From the NCBI GenBank assembly GCA_038750655.1, contig JBCDGZ010000144.1:1-18818 (forward strand): a stretch of DNA of 18,818 nucleotides. The letters run 5' to 3'. The DNA is from Bacteroidota bacterium (GTDB taxonomy: Bacteria; Bacteroidota; Bacteroidia; Chitinophagales; Saprospiraceae). The notes beneath the pieces were generated by a model. The model did no database searches. It was not told the DNA's origin and saw only the letters and a list, made by a program, of their open reading frames with translations. Shown piece after piece: positions 8,475 to 16,700 of this stretch (positions are counted from its first letter, which is position 1; every line of letters begins with the position of its first letter). Made by a program: the position numbers and the translations under genes.

Positions 8475-9404
8475 ATGGATGTCAAACTCTTCTCCGGAAC
8501 AAACTCCGAATACCTCGCCGAAAAAATTGCAGACTACTATGGGTTCTCTTTAGGAGATAAAACACTGCTGCGTTTCAACGATGGCGAAATGCAACCTATT
8601 ATCAATGAGTCGGTGCGTGGATGTTATGTTTTTTTCATACAATCTACCTTCGCCCCAGCAGATAATCTGATGGAATTGCTGCTGCTCATCGATTCTGCCA
8701 AGCGGGCCTCGGCTGGCTACATCACCGCGGTAATCCCCTATTTTGGCTACGCCCGCCAGGATCGCAAGGACAAGCCTCGGGTGCCCATTTCTGCCAAGTT
8801 GATTGCCAATTTGCTAGAGGCCGCTGGCGCCAACCGAATCATGACCATGGACTTTCATGCCGATCAGATTCAAGGGTTCTTTGATATTCCGGTGGATCAC
8901 CTCAAGAGTGAAGCCATCTTTATTCCCTACCTCAAAGACTCCGACCTGTCGAATGTTACTTTTGCTTCTCCTGATGTTGGAGGAGTGAAGCGGGCCCGGG
9001 CCTACGCCAAGTACTTCGCTCGCAACCTCGTTATTTGTGATAAGTACCGCAAGAAAGCTAACGAAGTGGCCGGAATGACCTTGATCGGCGATGTGAAAGA
9101 TGCCGATGTCATACTGGTCGATGATTTGGTGGATACTGCAGGGACCCTTTGCCGAGCTGCGGATTTGATCATGGAAAAAGGAGCTAAGAGCGTCAAAGCA
9201 CTTTGTACGCATCCGGTCCTTTCTGGCAAGGCTTATGAGAACATTGAAAAGTCCAGCATTCGCGAGATTGTGGTCTGTGATACCATCCCGCTGCACCAAA
9301 AATCTAAGAAGATCAAGGTCTTACAAACCGCCAAGCTTTTTGCCCGCGCCATCCGCAATACCCACGAGCATCGCTCTATTTCGGCGCTTTTTGTGGATGG
9401 TTAA
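8475..9404 (+). CDS. prs: Ribose-phosphate pyrophosphokinase (PRPP synthetase)
   Basis: 309 aa. The N-terminus MDVKLFSGTNSEYLAEKIADYYG, the …NDGEM… motif, and the PRPP-binding loop VILVDDLVDTAGTL are all diagnostic of Prs. Confidence 0.95.
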   Translation: MDVKLFSGTNSEYLAEKIADYYGFSLGDKTLLRFNDGEMQPIINESVRGCYVFFIQSTFAPADNLMELLLLIDSAKRASAGYITAVIPYFGYARQDRKDKPRVPISAKLIANLLEAAGANRIMTMDFHADQIQGFFDIPVDHLKSEAIFIPYLKDSDLSNVTFASPDVGGVKRARAYAKYFARNLVICDKYRKKANEVAGMTLIGDVKDADVILVDDLVDTAGTLCRAADLIMEKGAKSVKALCTHPVLSGKAYENIEKSSIREIVVCDTIPLHQKSKKIKVLQTAKLFARAIRNTHEHRSISALFVDG

Positions 9405-9459
9405 TGAGGACCGTCGAAATTAGCCCACGGGTAGCGGTGCATTTCTAAAATAAATTCTT

Positions 9460-9467
9460 TATCTTTG
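9460..9467 (+). promoter_or_regulatory. Candidate -7 promoter box (TATCTTTG) for rplY/ctc, followed by a leader hairpin (9471-9491)
   Basis: Exact TAnnTTTG match about 70 nt upstream of the L25 start. An 8-bp inverted repeat tgcatttt/aaaatgca lies immediately downstream in the putative 5' UTR. Confidence 0.3.
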
Positions 9468-9532
9468 CGTGCATTTTTATGGAAAATGCATCAAATAGCT
9501 AATTCACAACGATTTATAAAATTATTTAAAAC

Positions 9533-10138
9533 ATGGAATCGATTGCTATAAACGGAACAGCAAGAGCAGCCATTGGAAAGAAGGCAACGAAAGCTATCCG
9601 GAAAGCGGGCCTGGTACCTTGTGTAATATACGGCGGGGAGAATAATGTACATTTTACGGCACCTGTCAACGAATTCAGACACCTGGTTTATACGCCAGAT
9701 TTCAAGTTGGCGGAGATCACTGTAGATGGAAATTCGTACAAGTGTATTCTCAAAGATTTGCAATTTCACCCAGTAACGGATGACTTGATGCACCTTGATT
9801 TTCTGCTGTTGGTAGATGGGCATAGCATCAATCTCGAACTGCCGGTTCGCTTTAGAGGAACGGCTCCGGGTACTAAGGAAGGGGGAAAGTTGATGCAGAA
9901 GCTGCGTCGCGTGAAGATAAAGACGACTCCTGAGCACTTGGTAGACGAGTTGCTGGTGGACATTTCTAGTTTGGAATTAGGGCAGTCTATTCGTGTTCGC
10001 GATATTGAGCACAACGAAGGTATTGAGATCGTGAGCGCCGGAGGTACACCCGTGGGTTCGGTTGAAGTACCACGTGCATTGCGTAGTGCAACAGCAGCTA
10101 TCGAAGATGGGGAGGAAGCTGCTGGTGATGAAGAGTAG
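9533..10138 (+). CDS. rplY: 50S ribosomal protein L25 / general stress protein Ctc
   Basis: 201 aa. N-terminal L25 fold signature (…ARAAIGKKATKAIRKAGLVPCVIYGG…FHPVTDDLMHLDF) and an acidic C-terminal tail typical of the long Ctc form. Confidence 0.9.
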   Translation: MESIAINGTARAAIGKKATKAIRKAGLVPCVIYGGENNVHFTAPVNEFRHLVYTPDFKLAEITVDGNSYKCILKDLQFHPVTDDLMHLDFLLLVDGHSINLELPVRFRGTAPGTKEGGKLMQKLRRVKIKTTPEHLVDELLVDISSLELGQSIRVRDIEHNEGIEIVSAGGTPVGSVEVPRALRSATAAIEDGEEAAGDEE

Positions 10139-10194
10139 TTAGAACGCTACTTCTAATTGGTAATATTCTTTTTCATAATATCCTCATGATATAA

Positions 10195-10226
10195 AGAGGC
10201 GTAATGTATATTTACGTCTCTTTTTA
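10195..10226 (+). terminator. Rho-independent terminator after rplY
   Basis: AGAGGCGUAA-UGUAUA-UUACGUCUCU forms a 10-bp stem with one G·U pair, followed by UUUUU. It sits about 55 nt after the L25 stop. Confidence 0.7.
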
Positions 10227-10254
10227 TTATTTCAAGCCGTTAAGTTACTGAATA

Positions 10255-11028
10255 ATGTCAGACCTCCGCATTACTACCATCCAGTCCACTCTTCAATGGG
10301 AGGATATTCCCGCTAATCTATCTCACTTCACTCACCTGTTCGCGGGCCTGGAAGGCCAGACGGACTTGGTGGTCTTGCCGGAGATGTTCAGCACAGGATT
10401 TAGTATGAACCCCGCTCAACTGGCAGAGCCCATGGAGGGGCCTACGATTGGCTGGATGCGAGAACAGGCGGTCCGGCTGGGGGCGGCCCTTTGTGGCAGT
10501 TTGATTATTGAGGAGGAGGGGAAATACTACAATCGGCTGGTTTGGATGGATGCGGAAGGGAATAGCGAGGTGTATGATAAGCGGCACCTTTTTGGCCTGG
10601 GGGGAGAGGCTAAAGACTACGCTGCGGGTAATCAACGTCTTATTGTTGACTACAAAGGCTGGAAAATTTGCCCTCTGATTTGCTACGACCTTCGCTTTCC
10701 AGTTTGGAGCCGTAATACTGAGGCCTATGATTTGCTAATCTACCTGGCTAACTGGCCAAAACCCCGTGCTTCCGCCTGGCGCACCTTACTGCGCGCCCGC
10801 GCCATTGAGAATCAAGCCTACGTCATCGGCGTCAATCGCATCGGCGAAGATGGCAGCGGGCTATCCTATCGAGGCGATACGGCGGTTATCGACTTTATGG
10901 GCGAAGCTTTGTACCAAGTCAGTTACCAAGAAGATGTCTTTACCACTTCGCTGTCTTACGCCGATATGCATGCTCTGCGTAAAAAACTCCCTTTTTTAGC
11001 CGACAGGGACCATTTTGACCTCCGCTAA
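10255..11028 (+). CDS. Carbon-nitrogen hydrolase (nitrilase superfamily) amidase, YafV/omega-amidase-like
   Basis: 257 aa. Catalytic triad context is present: LVVLPEMFSTGF (Glu), YDKRHLFG (Lys), and ICPLICYDLRFP (Cys). Confidence 0.85.
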   Translation: MSDLRITTIQSTLQWEDIPANLSHFTHLFAGLEGQTDLVVLPEMFSTGFSMNPAQLAEPMEGPTIGWMREQAVRLGAALCGSLIIEEEGKYYNRLVWMDAEGNSEVYDKRHLFGLGGEAKDYAAGNQRLIVDYKGWKICPLICYDLRFPVWSRNTEAYDLLIYLANWPKPRASAWRTLLRARAIENQAYVIGVNRIGEDGSGLSYRGDTAVIDFMGEALYQVSYQEDVFTTSLSYADMHALRKKLPFLADRDHFDLR

Positions 11029-11249
11029 ACTTACTCTTTCATCACTTATTAGCCCATACCCTTCACTTATCAGTTTTTGATGGATTCTTCCTGCAAATGC
11101 AATTATCTTGGTTGAGGATTGCCTAAGGAAAGATAATTACCCGTGCAAAAACAAAAAGTAAAACTATGAAAGTCGATCCTGGAATCGAAGAAAGTATTTA
11201 ATCCTCCTCATAGGAGTGAGGTACAGTTTAATGAGTATTAATTTGAATG

Positions 11250-11277
11250 CGGACAAACCCCAGGTTTGTCCGTTTTT
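11250..11277 (+). terminator. Orphan rho-independent terminator in long intergenic spacer
   Basis: CGGACAAACC-cca-GGUUUGUCCG forms a perfect 10-bp stem (or 9 bp with a 5-nt loop), followed by UUUUU. It is about 220 nt downstream of the nitrilase stop, and no ORF of 60 aa or longer precedes it. Confidence 0.6.
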
Positions 11278-11428
11278 GCGTTTATAGCCCGAGTAATAAC
11301 TTCCGAACCAACTCTAAACAAAATCTTAAAGCAAGGAGGATATATAAAGGATAAAAAATATTCGTAATTGGCGAAACGTTGAAAAGGGGAGTTCGTTAAA
11401 TAGAACAGTTGTCGGAAAAGACGCGAAT

Positions 11429-11460
11429 AAAAAAGCGGCTCGAACTGGCACTCGAACCGC
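11429..11460. other. Hairpin with flanking A-run (terminator-like on minus strand) upstream of NlpC/P60 gene
   Basis: gcggctcga/tcgaaccgc forms a 9-bp stem with 1 mismatch and an 8-nt loop. The A6 run at 11429-11434 becomes U6 after the hairpin on the minus strand. On the plus strand it sits about 110 nt upstream of the 11570 start. Confidence 0.4.
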
Positions 11461-11569
11461 TAAAGCTCGTTGTATTTAATTGCATTTTTAAATTTAACCC
11501 TATTAACTAACCTATAAACAACGAGCGAAATATATCTTTCAAAGCACAGTTTGGCTTAATTTTCTTTCT

Positions 11570-12103
11570 ATGTTTAAGAACGTTTCAAAATGGATAATGT
11601 TGTTTGCCACTTTGGCTTTTTTGCTCTCCTCCTGCACGGCTTTGCAGCCGGTTAGCCGCAGTGGAGAACGGACTACTGATCGGTCTTCGACGAGCCGAAA
11701 AGCGCCGGAGGATTCGAGCCTGCGCAGTAGCATCACTCGCTATGCCAAGAAGTACAAAGGAGTAAAATACAAGTATGCGGGGAAAGACCCCAAAGGCTTT
11801 GATTGCTCTGGTTTCACCAGCTATGTGCTCAATAAATTTGATGTGCGGGTCTCTCCCAGCTCCAGGGCGCAGGCGCAGACCGGCCGCAAAATTCCCTTCT
11901 CCAAAGCTCGCGCGGGCGACCTGGTTTTCTTTAGCAAAAATGGACGAGGGTCGGTATCTCATGTTGCCCTGGTCGTCTCTAATCAAAGGGAGGGCTTGGT
12001 GGTCATCCACAGCACGACTTCCCGGGGAGTTATGGTGCAAAATATCACCCAATCCTCCTATTGGAAGCCCAAAATGTTATTCGCTCGTAATGTAATTGAC
12101 TGA
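11570..12103 (+). CDS. NlpC/P60 family cell-wall peptidase lipoprotein
   Basis: 177 aa. Lipoprotein signal with lipobox LLSSC, catalytic Cys in YAGKDPKGFDCSGFTSYV, and a His motif (VSHVALVV). Confidence 0.85.
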   Translation: MFKNVSKWIMLFATLAFLLSSCTALQPVSRSGERTTDRSSTSRKAPEDSSLRSSITRYAKKYKGVKYKYAGKDPKGFDCSGFTSYVLNKFDVRVSPSSRAQAQTGRKIPFSKARAGDLVFFSKNGRGSVSHVALVVSNQREGLVVIHSTTSRGVMVQNITQSSYWKPKMLFARNVID

Positions 12104-12227
12104 GCCGCCAAACTATTACCTGTCGAACTGGTATTTCTACCCCAAAACCCGTATTTTCGCAGCTTTCTAAGGGGCTTTTAGTTTGGTTGATGAAAGTCCC
12201 ACTTCACCCAATTAATCCAGAAATACT

Positions 12228-12806
12228 ATGATTAATTTGATCCTCTTTGGCCCTCCTGGCTCCGGGAAAGGTACACAGGCTGCGAAGCTAGTCGACGTCT
12301 ATAATTTGCTACACATCTCCACTGGTGACCTCTTCCGCTACGAGATCAAAAATGATACGGAGCTAGGCTTGCGCGCCAAATCCTACATTTCTAAAGGAGA
12401 ATTGGTGCCTGATGAGATTACCATCGGTATGCTCAACAATAAGGTCGAGGCCAATCCGGATGTGGATGGATATATTTTTGATGGCTTCCCCAGAACGATT
12501 CCGCAGGCCAAAGCACTCGATCAACTATTGACTGGTAAGGGCCAGGAGGTATCGGCACTGATTGCTATGGATGTTGACGATGAAGAGCTGGTCAAGCGCC
12601 TGCTGGATCGCGGCAAAACCTCCGGCCGGCCTGACGATAGCAATGAGGGCATTATCCGCAACCGCATCGCTGTCTACAACAAGGAAACGACTCCAGTCTT
12701 TGACTACTACGACCAATTTAACAAATCCATCAAAGTCAATGGCGTCGGCACGATCGATGAGATTTTTGGTCGCCTTTGCGGGGAGATGGACAATTTGAAG
12801 AAATAA
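12228..12806 (+). CDS. adk: Adenylate kinase (short form, no zinc-binding LID insertion)
   Basis: 192 aa. P-loop [11 protein letters not shown] at the N-terminus, and NMP-binding and LID motifs (…DGFPRT…[13 protein letters not shown]…). Confidence 0.95.
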   Translation: MINLILFGPPGSGKGTQAAKLVDVYNLLHISTGDLFRYEIKNDTELGLRAKSYISKGELVPDEITIGMLNNKVEANPDVDGYIFDGFPRTIPQAKALDQLLTGKGQEVSALIAMDVDDEELVKRLLDRGKTSGRPDDSNEGIIRNRIAVYNKETTPVFDYYDQFNKSIKVNGVGTIDEIFGRLCGEMDNLKK

Positions 12807-12810
12807 GCAA

Positions 12811-13812
12811 GTGGCCGAACAAAACTTTGTCGATTACGTCAAAATCTGCTGCCGCTCGGGCGCAGGTGGCGCAGGCTCTGCGCACTTCTTCCGCAACCGC
12901 CTCAACCCCAAGGGAGGGCCGGACGGAGGAGATGGTGGCCGTGGTGGCCATATCATCGTAAAAGGCAATCGCCAGCTCTGGACCCTGCTGCCCCTGAAGT
13001 ACCGCAAGCATGTCATTGCGGGGCGAGGCGCCAATGGCAGTGGCAATCATCGGACGGGAGCCAATGGCGAGGATGTGGTGCTAGAAGTGCCGCTGGGCAC
13101 AGTAGGCAAGGACGAGGCGAGCGGCAAAGTTTTGTTCGAGATCACAGCAGACAATGAGGAGGTCATCCTGTTGAAAGGAGGCCGCGGGGGGCTGGGCAAT
13201 TCGCATTTTAAGTCTTCGACCAACCAGACGCCGCGTTATGCGCAACCGGGGGAGGAGGGACAGGAAGAATGGAAAATTCTCGAACTCAAAGTCCTGGCGG
13301 ACGTAGGCCTGGTGGGCTTTCCCAACGCCGGAAAATCTACCCTGCTCTCTGTTATCACCGCTGCTAAACCCAAAATTGCCAACTACGCCTTTACAACCCT
13401 GGTGCCCAATTTGGGTATCGTCTCCTACCGCGACAGCCGCTCCTTTGTCATGGCTGACATCCCGGGGATCATCGAAAAGGCGCACGAAGGCAAAGGGCTG
13501 GGCTTTCGCTTCCTGCGCCATATTGAGCGCAACGCCGTACTGTTGTTTATGATTCCGGCCGATAGTGATGATATTAAGAAAGAATACGCCGTCTTGCTCA
13601 ACGAACTACAATTGTATAATGAGGAGCTGCTGGATAAACCTCGCATTCTGGCCATTTCCAAGTCTGATCTGGTGGATGAGGAATTGAAGGAATTATTACA
13701 GCCCGAGCTGCCCGATGATCTTCCCGTTATTTTTATCTCCTCCGTTGCCCAAATCGGCCTCGTTGAACTCAAAGATTTGCTCTGGCAGCAACTCAATAAA
13801 CCCGACTTTTAG
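12811..13812 (+). CDS. obg: GTPase Obg/CgtA
   Basis: 333 aa. N-terminal glycine-rich Obg fold ([21 protein letters not shown]…[15 protein letters not shown]), then G-domain motifs ([17 protein letters not shown]). The start is GTG at 12811, only 4 nt after the adk stop, and no in-frame ATG is available. Confidence 0.9.
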   Translation: MAEQNFVDYVKICCRSGAGGAGSAHFFRNRLNPKGGPDGGDGGRGGHIIVKGNRQLWTLLPLKYRKHVIAGRGANGSGNHRTGANGEDVVLEVPLGTVGKDEASGKVLFEITADNEEVILLKGGRGGLGNSHFKSSTNQTPRYAQPGEEGQEEWKILELKVLADVGLVGFPNAGKSTLLSVITAAKPKIANYAFTTLVPNLGIVSYRDSRSFVMADIPGIIEKAHEGKGLGFRFLRHIERNAVLLFMIPADSDDIKKEYAVLLNELQLYNEELLDKPRILAISKSDLVDEELKELLQPELPDDLPVIFISSVAQIGLVELKDLLWQQLNKPDF

Positions 13813-13835
13813 CCTGACTGACTAATCCTCCACTT

Positions 13836-15281
13836 ATGACCCAACACATAGAATCTGTCCTCACCCAATTGTTCGAAAACTGGGCGGGCGAACGCGCCCA
13901 ATTGGTCCTGCCCCTCGCCCCTTCGGGATCAAACCGCGTCTACTACCGCCTGCAAAGCGCCAATCGAGTCGCTATCGGTGCCTATAACGAAGACCGAAAG
14001 GAAAACATCGCCTTTCTGAGTTTCTCCCGCCATTTTCACCAAAAGGGTCTCTCCATCCCGGAGATATACGCCGAAGATTTAGACCAGCATATTTACCTGC
14101 AAGAAGACCTGGGTTCCACCACCCTCTATAGCTACCTGCTGCAAAGAGGGAGTGATTTTCCTGATTTTCTCAAAGAAATGTACAAAAAAGTCGTCGCAGC
14201 TCTCCCTCACCTGCAGATTACCGGAGGCAAAGATTTGGATTACAGCAAATGCTACCCCCGCGCCAGTTTCGACCGCCAATCCATGCTCTGGGATTTGAAT
14301 ACCTTCAAATACTATTTCCTCAAACTGGCTAAAATTCCCTTTGATGAGCAGGCTCTGGAAGAAGATTTTCATCGGCTGGCTGATTTCCTCCTCCAAGCGG
14401 ATTGCAACTACTTCATGTTTCGGGATTTTCAGACGCGCAATATCATGATCAAGGATGGAGCGCCGCTATTTATCGATTACCAAGGAGGGCGAAGAGGGGC
14501 TTTACAGTACGATCTAGCCTCTTTGCTCTACCAGGCCAAAGCCAATATCCCCGCCGATATTCGCCTCGAATTGTTGGAGCACTACCTCGATGCTGCCGCT
14601 GAGCTGATCGACCTCGACCGGAAAGCCTTCATCGACTATTATTATGGCTATGTACTCATCCGCTGTATTCAAGTTTTTGGGACCTATGGCTTCCGAGGGC
14701 TCTACGAGCGCAAACAGCATTTTCTGACCAGTATTCCCTTTGCGATCAATAACATCCGCTGGTTGCTCAGCAATGTGAAGCTGGCAGTTGACTTGCCGGA
14801 GCTGTGGTCTTGTCTACACGGGATCACTGAGGCCGAGCGCTTCCGCCCTTTCGATCGTCAGAGAGGTCGCAATAGCCTGCTGACGGTGCGCATCAACAGC
14901 TTTTCCTACAAGCATGGTCTGCCCGAGGACCCTTCGGGCAACGGCGGTGGCTTCATCTTCGACTGCCGCTTTATCCACAACCCCGGTCGCTACGAACCCT
15001 ATAAAAAGCTAACCGGTCGCGACGAGTCCGTCATCAACTTCCTGAAGCAGTACAGTACGATGGAAGATTTTCTCAACAACATTTATCATATCATCGATGA
15101 GGCCATTGAGGATTATATCTCGCGGAGCTTCACCAGCCTCTCCGTCAACTTTGGCTGCACCGGCGGCCAGCATCGCTCCGTCTACGCCGCAGATACCCTG
15201 GCCCAACGTATCGAACAGAAGTACGGGGTGAAAGTTATGCTGTATCACCGGGAGCAGGAGCGTAAAGGTTGGAAAAATTAG
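13836..15281 (+). CDS. Two-domain protein: N-terminal AmgK/APH-like (CHK-type) sugar kinase domain fused to a RapZ-type C-terminal domain
   Basis: 481 aa. The N-terminal domain has the kinase catalytic loop FRDFQTRNIMI and a metal-binding IDYQGG…YDLASLL. These are very close to the AmgK (MurNAc/GlcNAc anomeric kinase) signature HRDxHxRN…IDFQDA…YDL. The C-terminal approximately 150 aa aligns with the E. coli RapZ C-terminal domain: DCRFIHNPGRYEPYKKLTGRDESVINFL… and FGCTGGQHRSVYAADTLAQ (RapZ: …NPHWDP…LTGLDKPV…IGCTGGKHRSVYIAEQLA). Confidence 0.8.
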   Translation: MTQHIESVLTQLFENWAGERAQLVLPLAPSGSNRVYYRLQSANRVAIGAYNEDRKENIAFLSFSRHFHQKGLSIPEIYAEDLDQHIYLQEDLGSTTLYSYLLQRGSDFPDFLKEMYKKVVAALPHLQITGGKDLDYSKCYPRASFDRQSMLWDLNTFKYYFLKLAKIPFDEQALEEDFHRLADFLLQADCNYFMFRDFQTRNIMIKDGAPLFIDYQGGRRGALQYDLASLLYQAKANIPADIRLELLEHYLDAAAELIDLDRKAFIDYYYGYVLIRCIQVFGTYGFRGLYERKQHFLTSIPFAINNIRWLLSNVKLAVDLPELWSCLHGITEAERFRPFDRQRGRNSLLTVRINSFSYKHGLPEDPSGNGGGFIFDCRFIHNPGRYEPYKKLTGRDESVINFLKQYSTMEDFLNNIYHIIDEAIEDYISRSFTSLSVNFGCTGGQHRSVYAADTLAQRIEQKYGVKVMLYHREQERKGWKN

Positions 15282-15883
15282 GCGACCAAATGCTGCATTA
15301 AATCCTGGAAATTATCGGCAGATTCGTAGAGGCGATCGTTATAGGCCGTCGCACTCAATTTGAGATTAAAAGCCTCTTCATTTCTTTGCAGCAGTTCGAT
15401 AGAGATATTGCCGTAGCGCTGGCGAAACAACTGCCCTCCTTCGTTTTGTATGAACTTAATGGGGGGCTTGAGGTAGTGCCGCTGTTTGGTTTCTACCCAA
15501 TTAGGACGATTGTAAGTACGCAATTCAGAGACATAAGAGCGGTAATTAGCCGCTAGCACCCTTTCCTTTAGATAATCGAAGAGATTGACGATTTCCCGTT
15601 GTGGATAGTTCATTTCTTTAAAATGAATGACAAAACCTTTTGACGAAGGCGTCGTCATGAAGTCGATGGTTTCATCAATATGATCAGGGTTGATCAGGTA
15701 CTCGACGTGTTGTTGTCGTATCCAATCCAGTAGCCGACGACAGCTTAGGCTTTTCTTCCAGCGGTCATAGTCGGCCAACTCCGCCTCCGTTCGCTCGATC
15801 AATTTATGGATCAGCGGTTGGGTGGGCGAACTTTGCTCTGCCTTGGTGAACAGGTTCTTAATACTTTGCCAAAAGTCAGGCAT
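15278..15883 (-). CDS. Hypothetical cytoplasmic protein, no recognisable domain
   Basis: 201-aa clean ORF with no TM segment and no signal peptide. It converges on the previous gene with a 4-nt overlap (TTAG shared stop). It lies downstream of cvpA on the same strand. Confidence 0.6.
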   Translation of the reverse strand: MPDFWQSIKNLFTKAEQSSPTQPLIHKLIERTEAELADYDRWKKSLSCRRLLDWIRQQHVEYLINPDHIDETIDFMTTPSSKGFVIHFKEMNYPQREIVNLFDYLKERVLAANYRSYVSELRTYNRPNWVETKQRHYLKPPIKFIQNEGGQLFRQRYGNISIELLQRNEEAFNLKLSATAYNDRLYESADNFQDLMQHLVA

Positions 15884-15981
15884 AGGAAATAATAAATTTT
15901 ATACTCATGTAAACAGGTGGAGGGAAGGAAAGTTGGTTCAGTTGAAAGAAAGTAGTAGAAATTGAGCTGCTATTGCTGACT

Positions 15982-16590
15982 TTAATTGTTTTGAGCTTCT
16001 TCCTTCGGAGGTAGCTCATCGGAGCGGTCCTCGATTTTGGTGTTTTCGGTCTGCTCAATGCTGATTTGTTCGAGGCGATCCATCATATTCATAGATTGAT
16101 CCCAGAAATTATACAGCATAGGTTTGAGCTGCTTGCCCACAATTTTAAGTTGATCAGGATATTGCTCCAGGTAGGAGTAGGTCATTGACTCCTGCTTAGT
16201 CTTAGCATCCAGCATCCTGGCCTGATCACCAAACCAGAGTAATACGCTAAGCACCAGAATCATAATGGCACTGAGTAGCATACCACCAGCCATTTTATTG
16301 ATAATATTGATATTAGCCGTTTTAAGTGCCCCCTCTAGAAAGCGAGCAATGGTGCGGATGATGAACATGGTAACGACAAAAGAGAGCAGAAAACCAGCCA
16401 CAAACATCAGCGGATTTTCACTTTTGAAGGTCGTTTCCAAAAATTGCTTAGTCGGTTCGGAGAAGCGGAAGGCGGCCATTAGGCCGAACAGCAGCGAAAG
16501 GACGGTAAACACCGCTTGGATGATTCCGCGAGCAAATCCGACATAGAAACCGGACAGTAGGACGATAACGAAAATGATGTCAATTACCAT
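15982..16590 (-). CDS. CvpA (colicin V production) family membrane protein
   Basis: 202 aa. The N-terminus MVIDIIFVIVLLSGFYVGFARGIIQ…, four predicted TM helices and a hydrophilic C-terminal tail are typical of CvpA. Confidence 0.8.
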   Translation of the reverse strand: MVIDIIFVIVLLSGFYVGFARGIIQAVFTVLSLLFGLMAAFRFSEPTKQFLETTFKSENPLMFVAGFLLSFVVTMFIIRTIARFLEGALKTANINIINKMAGGMLLSAIMILVLSVLLWFGDQARMLDAKTKQESMTYSYLEQYPDQLKIVGKQLKPMLYNFWDQSMNMMDRLEQISIEQTENTKIEDRSDELPPKEEAQNN

Positions 16591-16700
16591 AACAGCCTAC
16601 AAAATAGAGGTTTAGCTGTTGAATTGCCTATAAAATTAGACGAATTAACAATTTTTTATCGACCTAAACCCTCAAAATATTATGCCATTAAGGCTTTTGA

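Noticed and set aside
11327-11345. Shine-Dalgarno-like aaggagg
   Set aside because: No ATG/GTG/TTG start lies within 5-13 nt. This phylum does not use SD sequences, and no ORF follows.
11435-11460. tRNA-like T-loop words (ctcgaacc / ggttcgag on the minus strand)
   Set aside because: The segment folds as a simple 9-bp hairpin. No acceptor stem, D-arm or anticodon arm can be built around it, so it is not a tRNA or tRNA fragment.
15876-16058. 60-aa minus-strand ORF overlapping the 3' end of cvpA
   Set aside because: It overlaps cvpA in another frame, is basic and low-complexity, and has no support. It is likely spurious.
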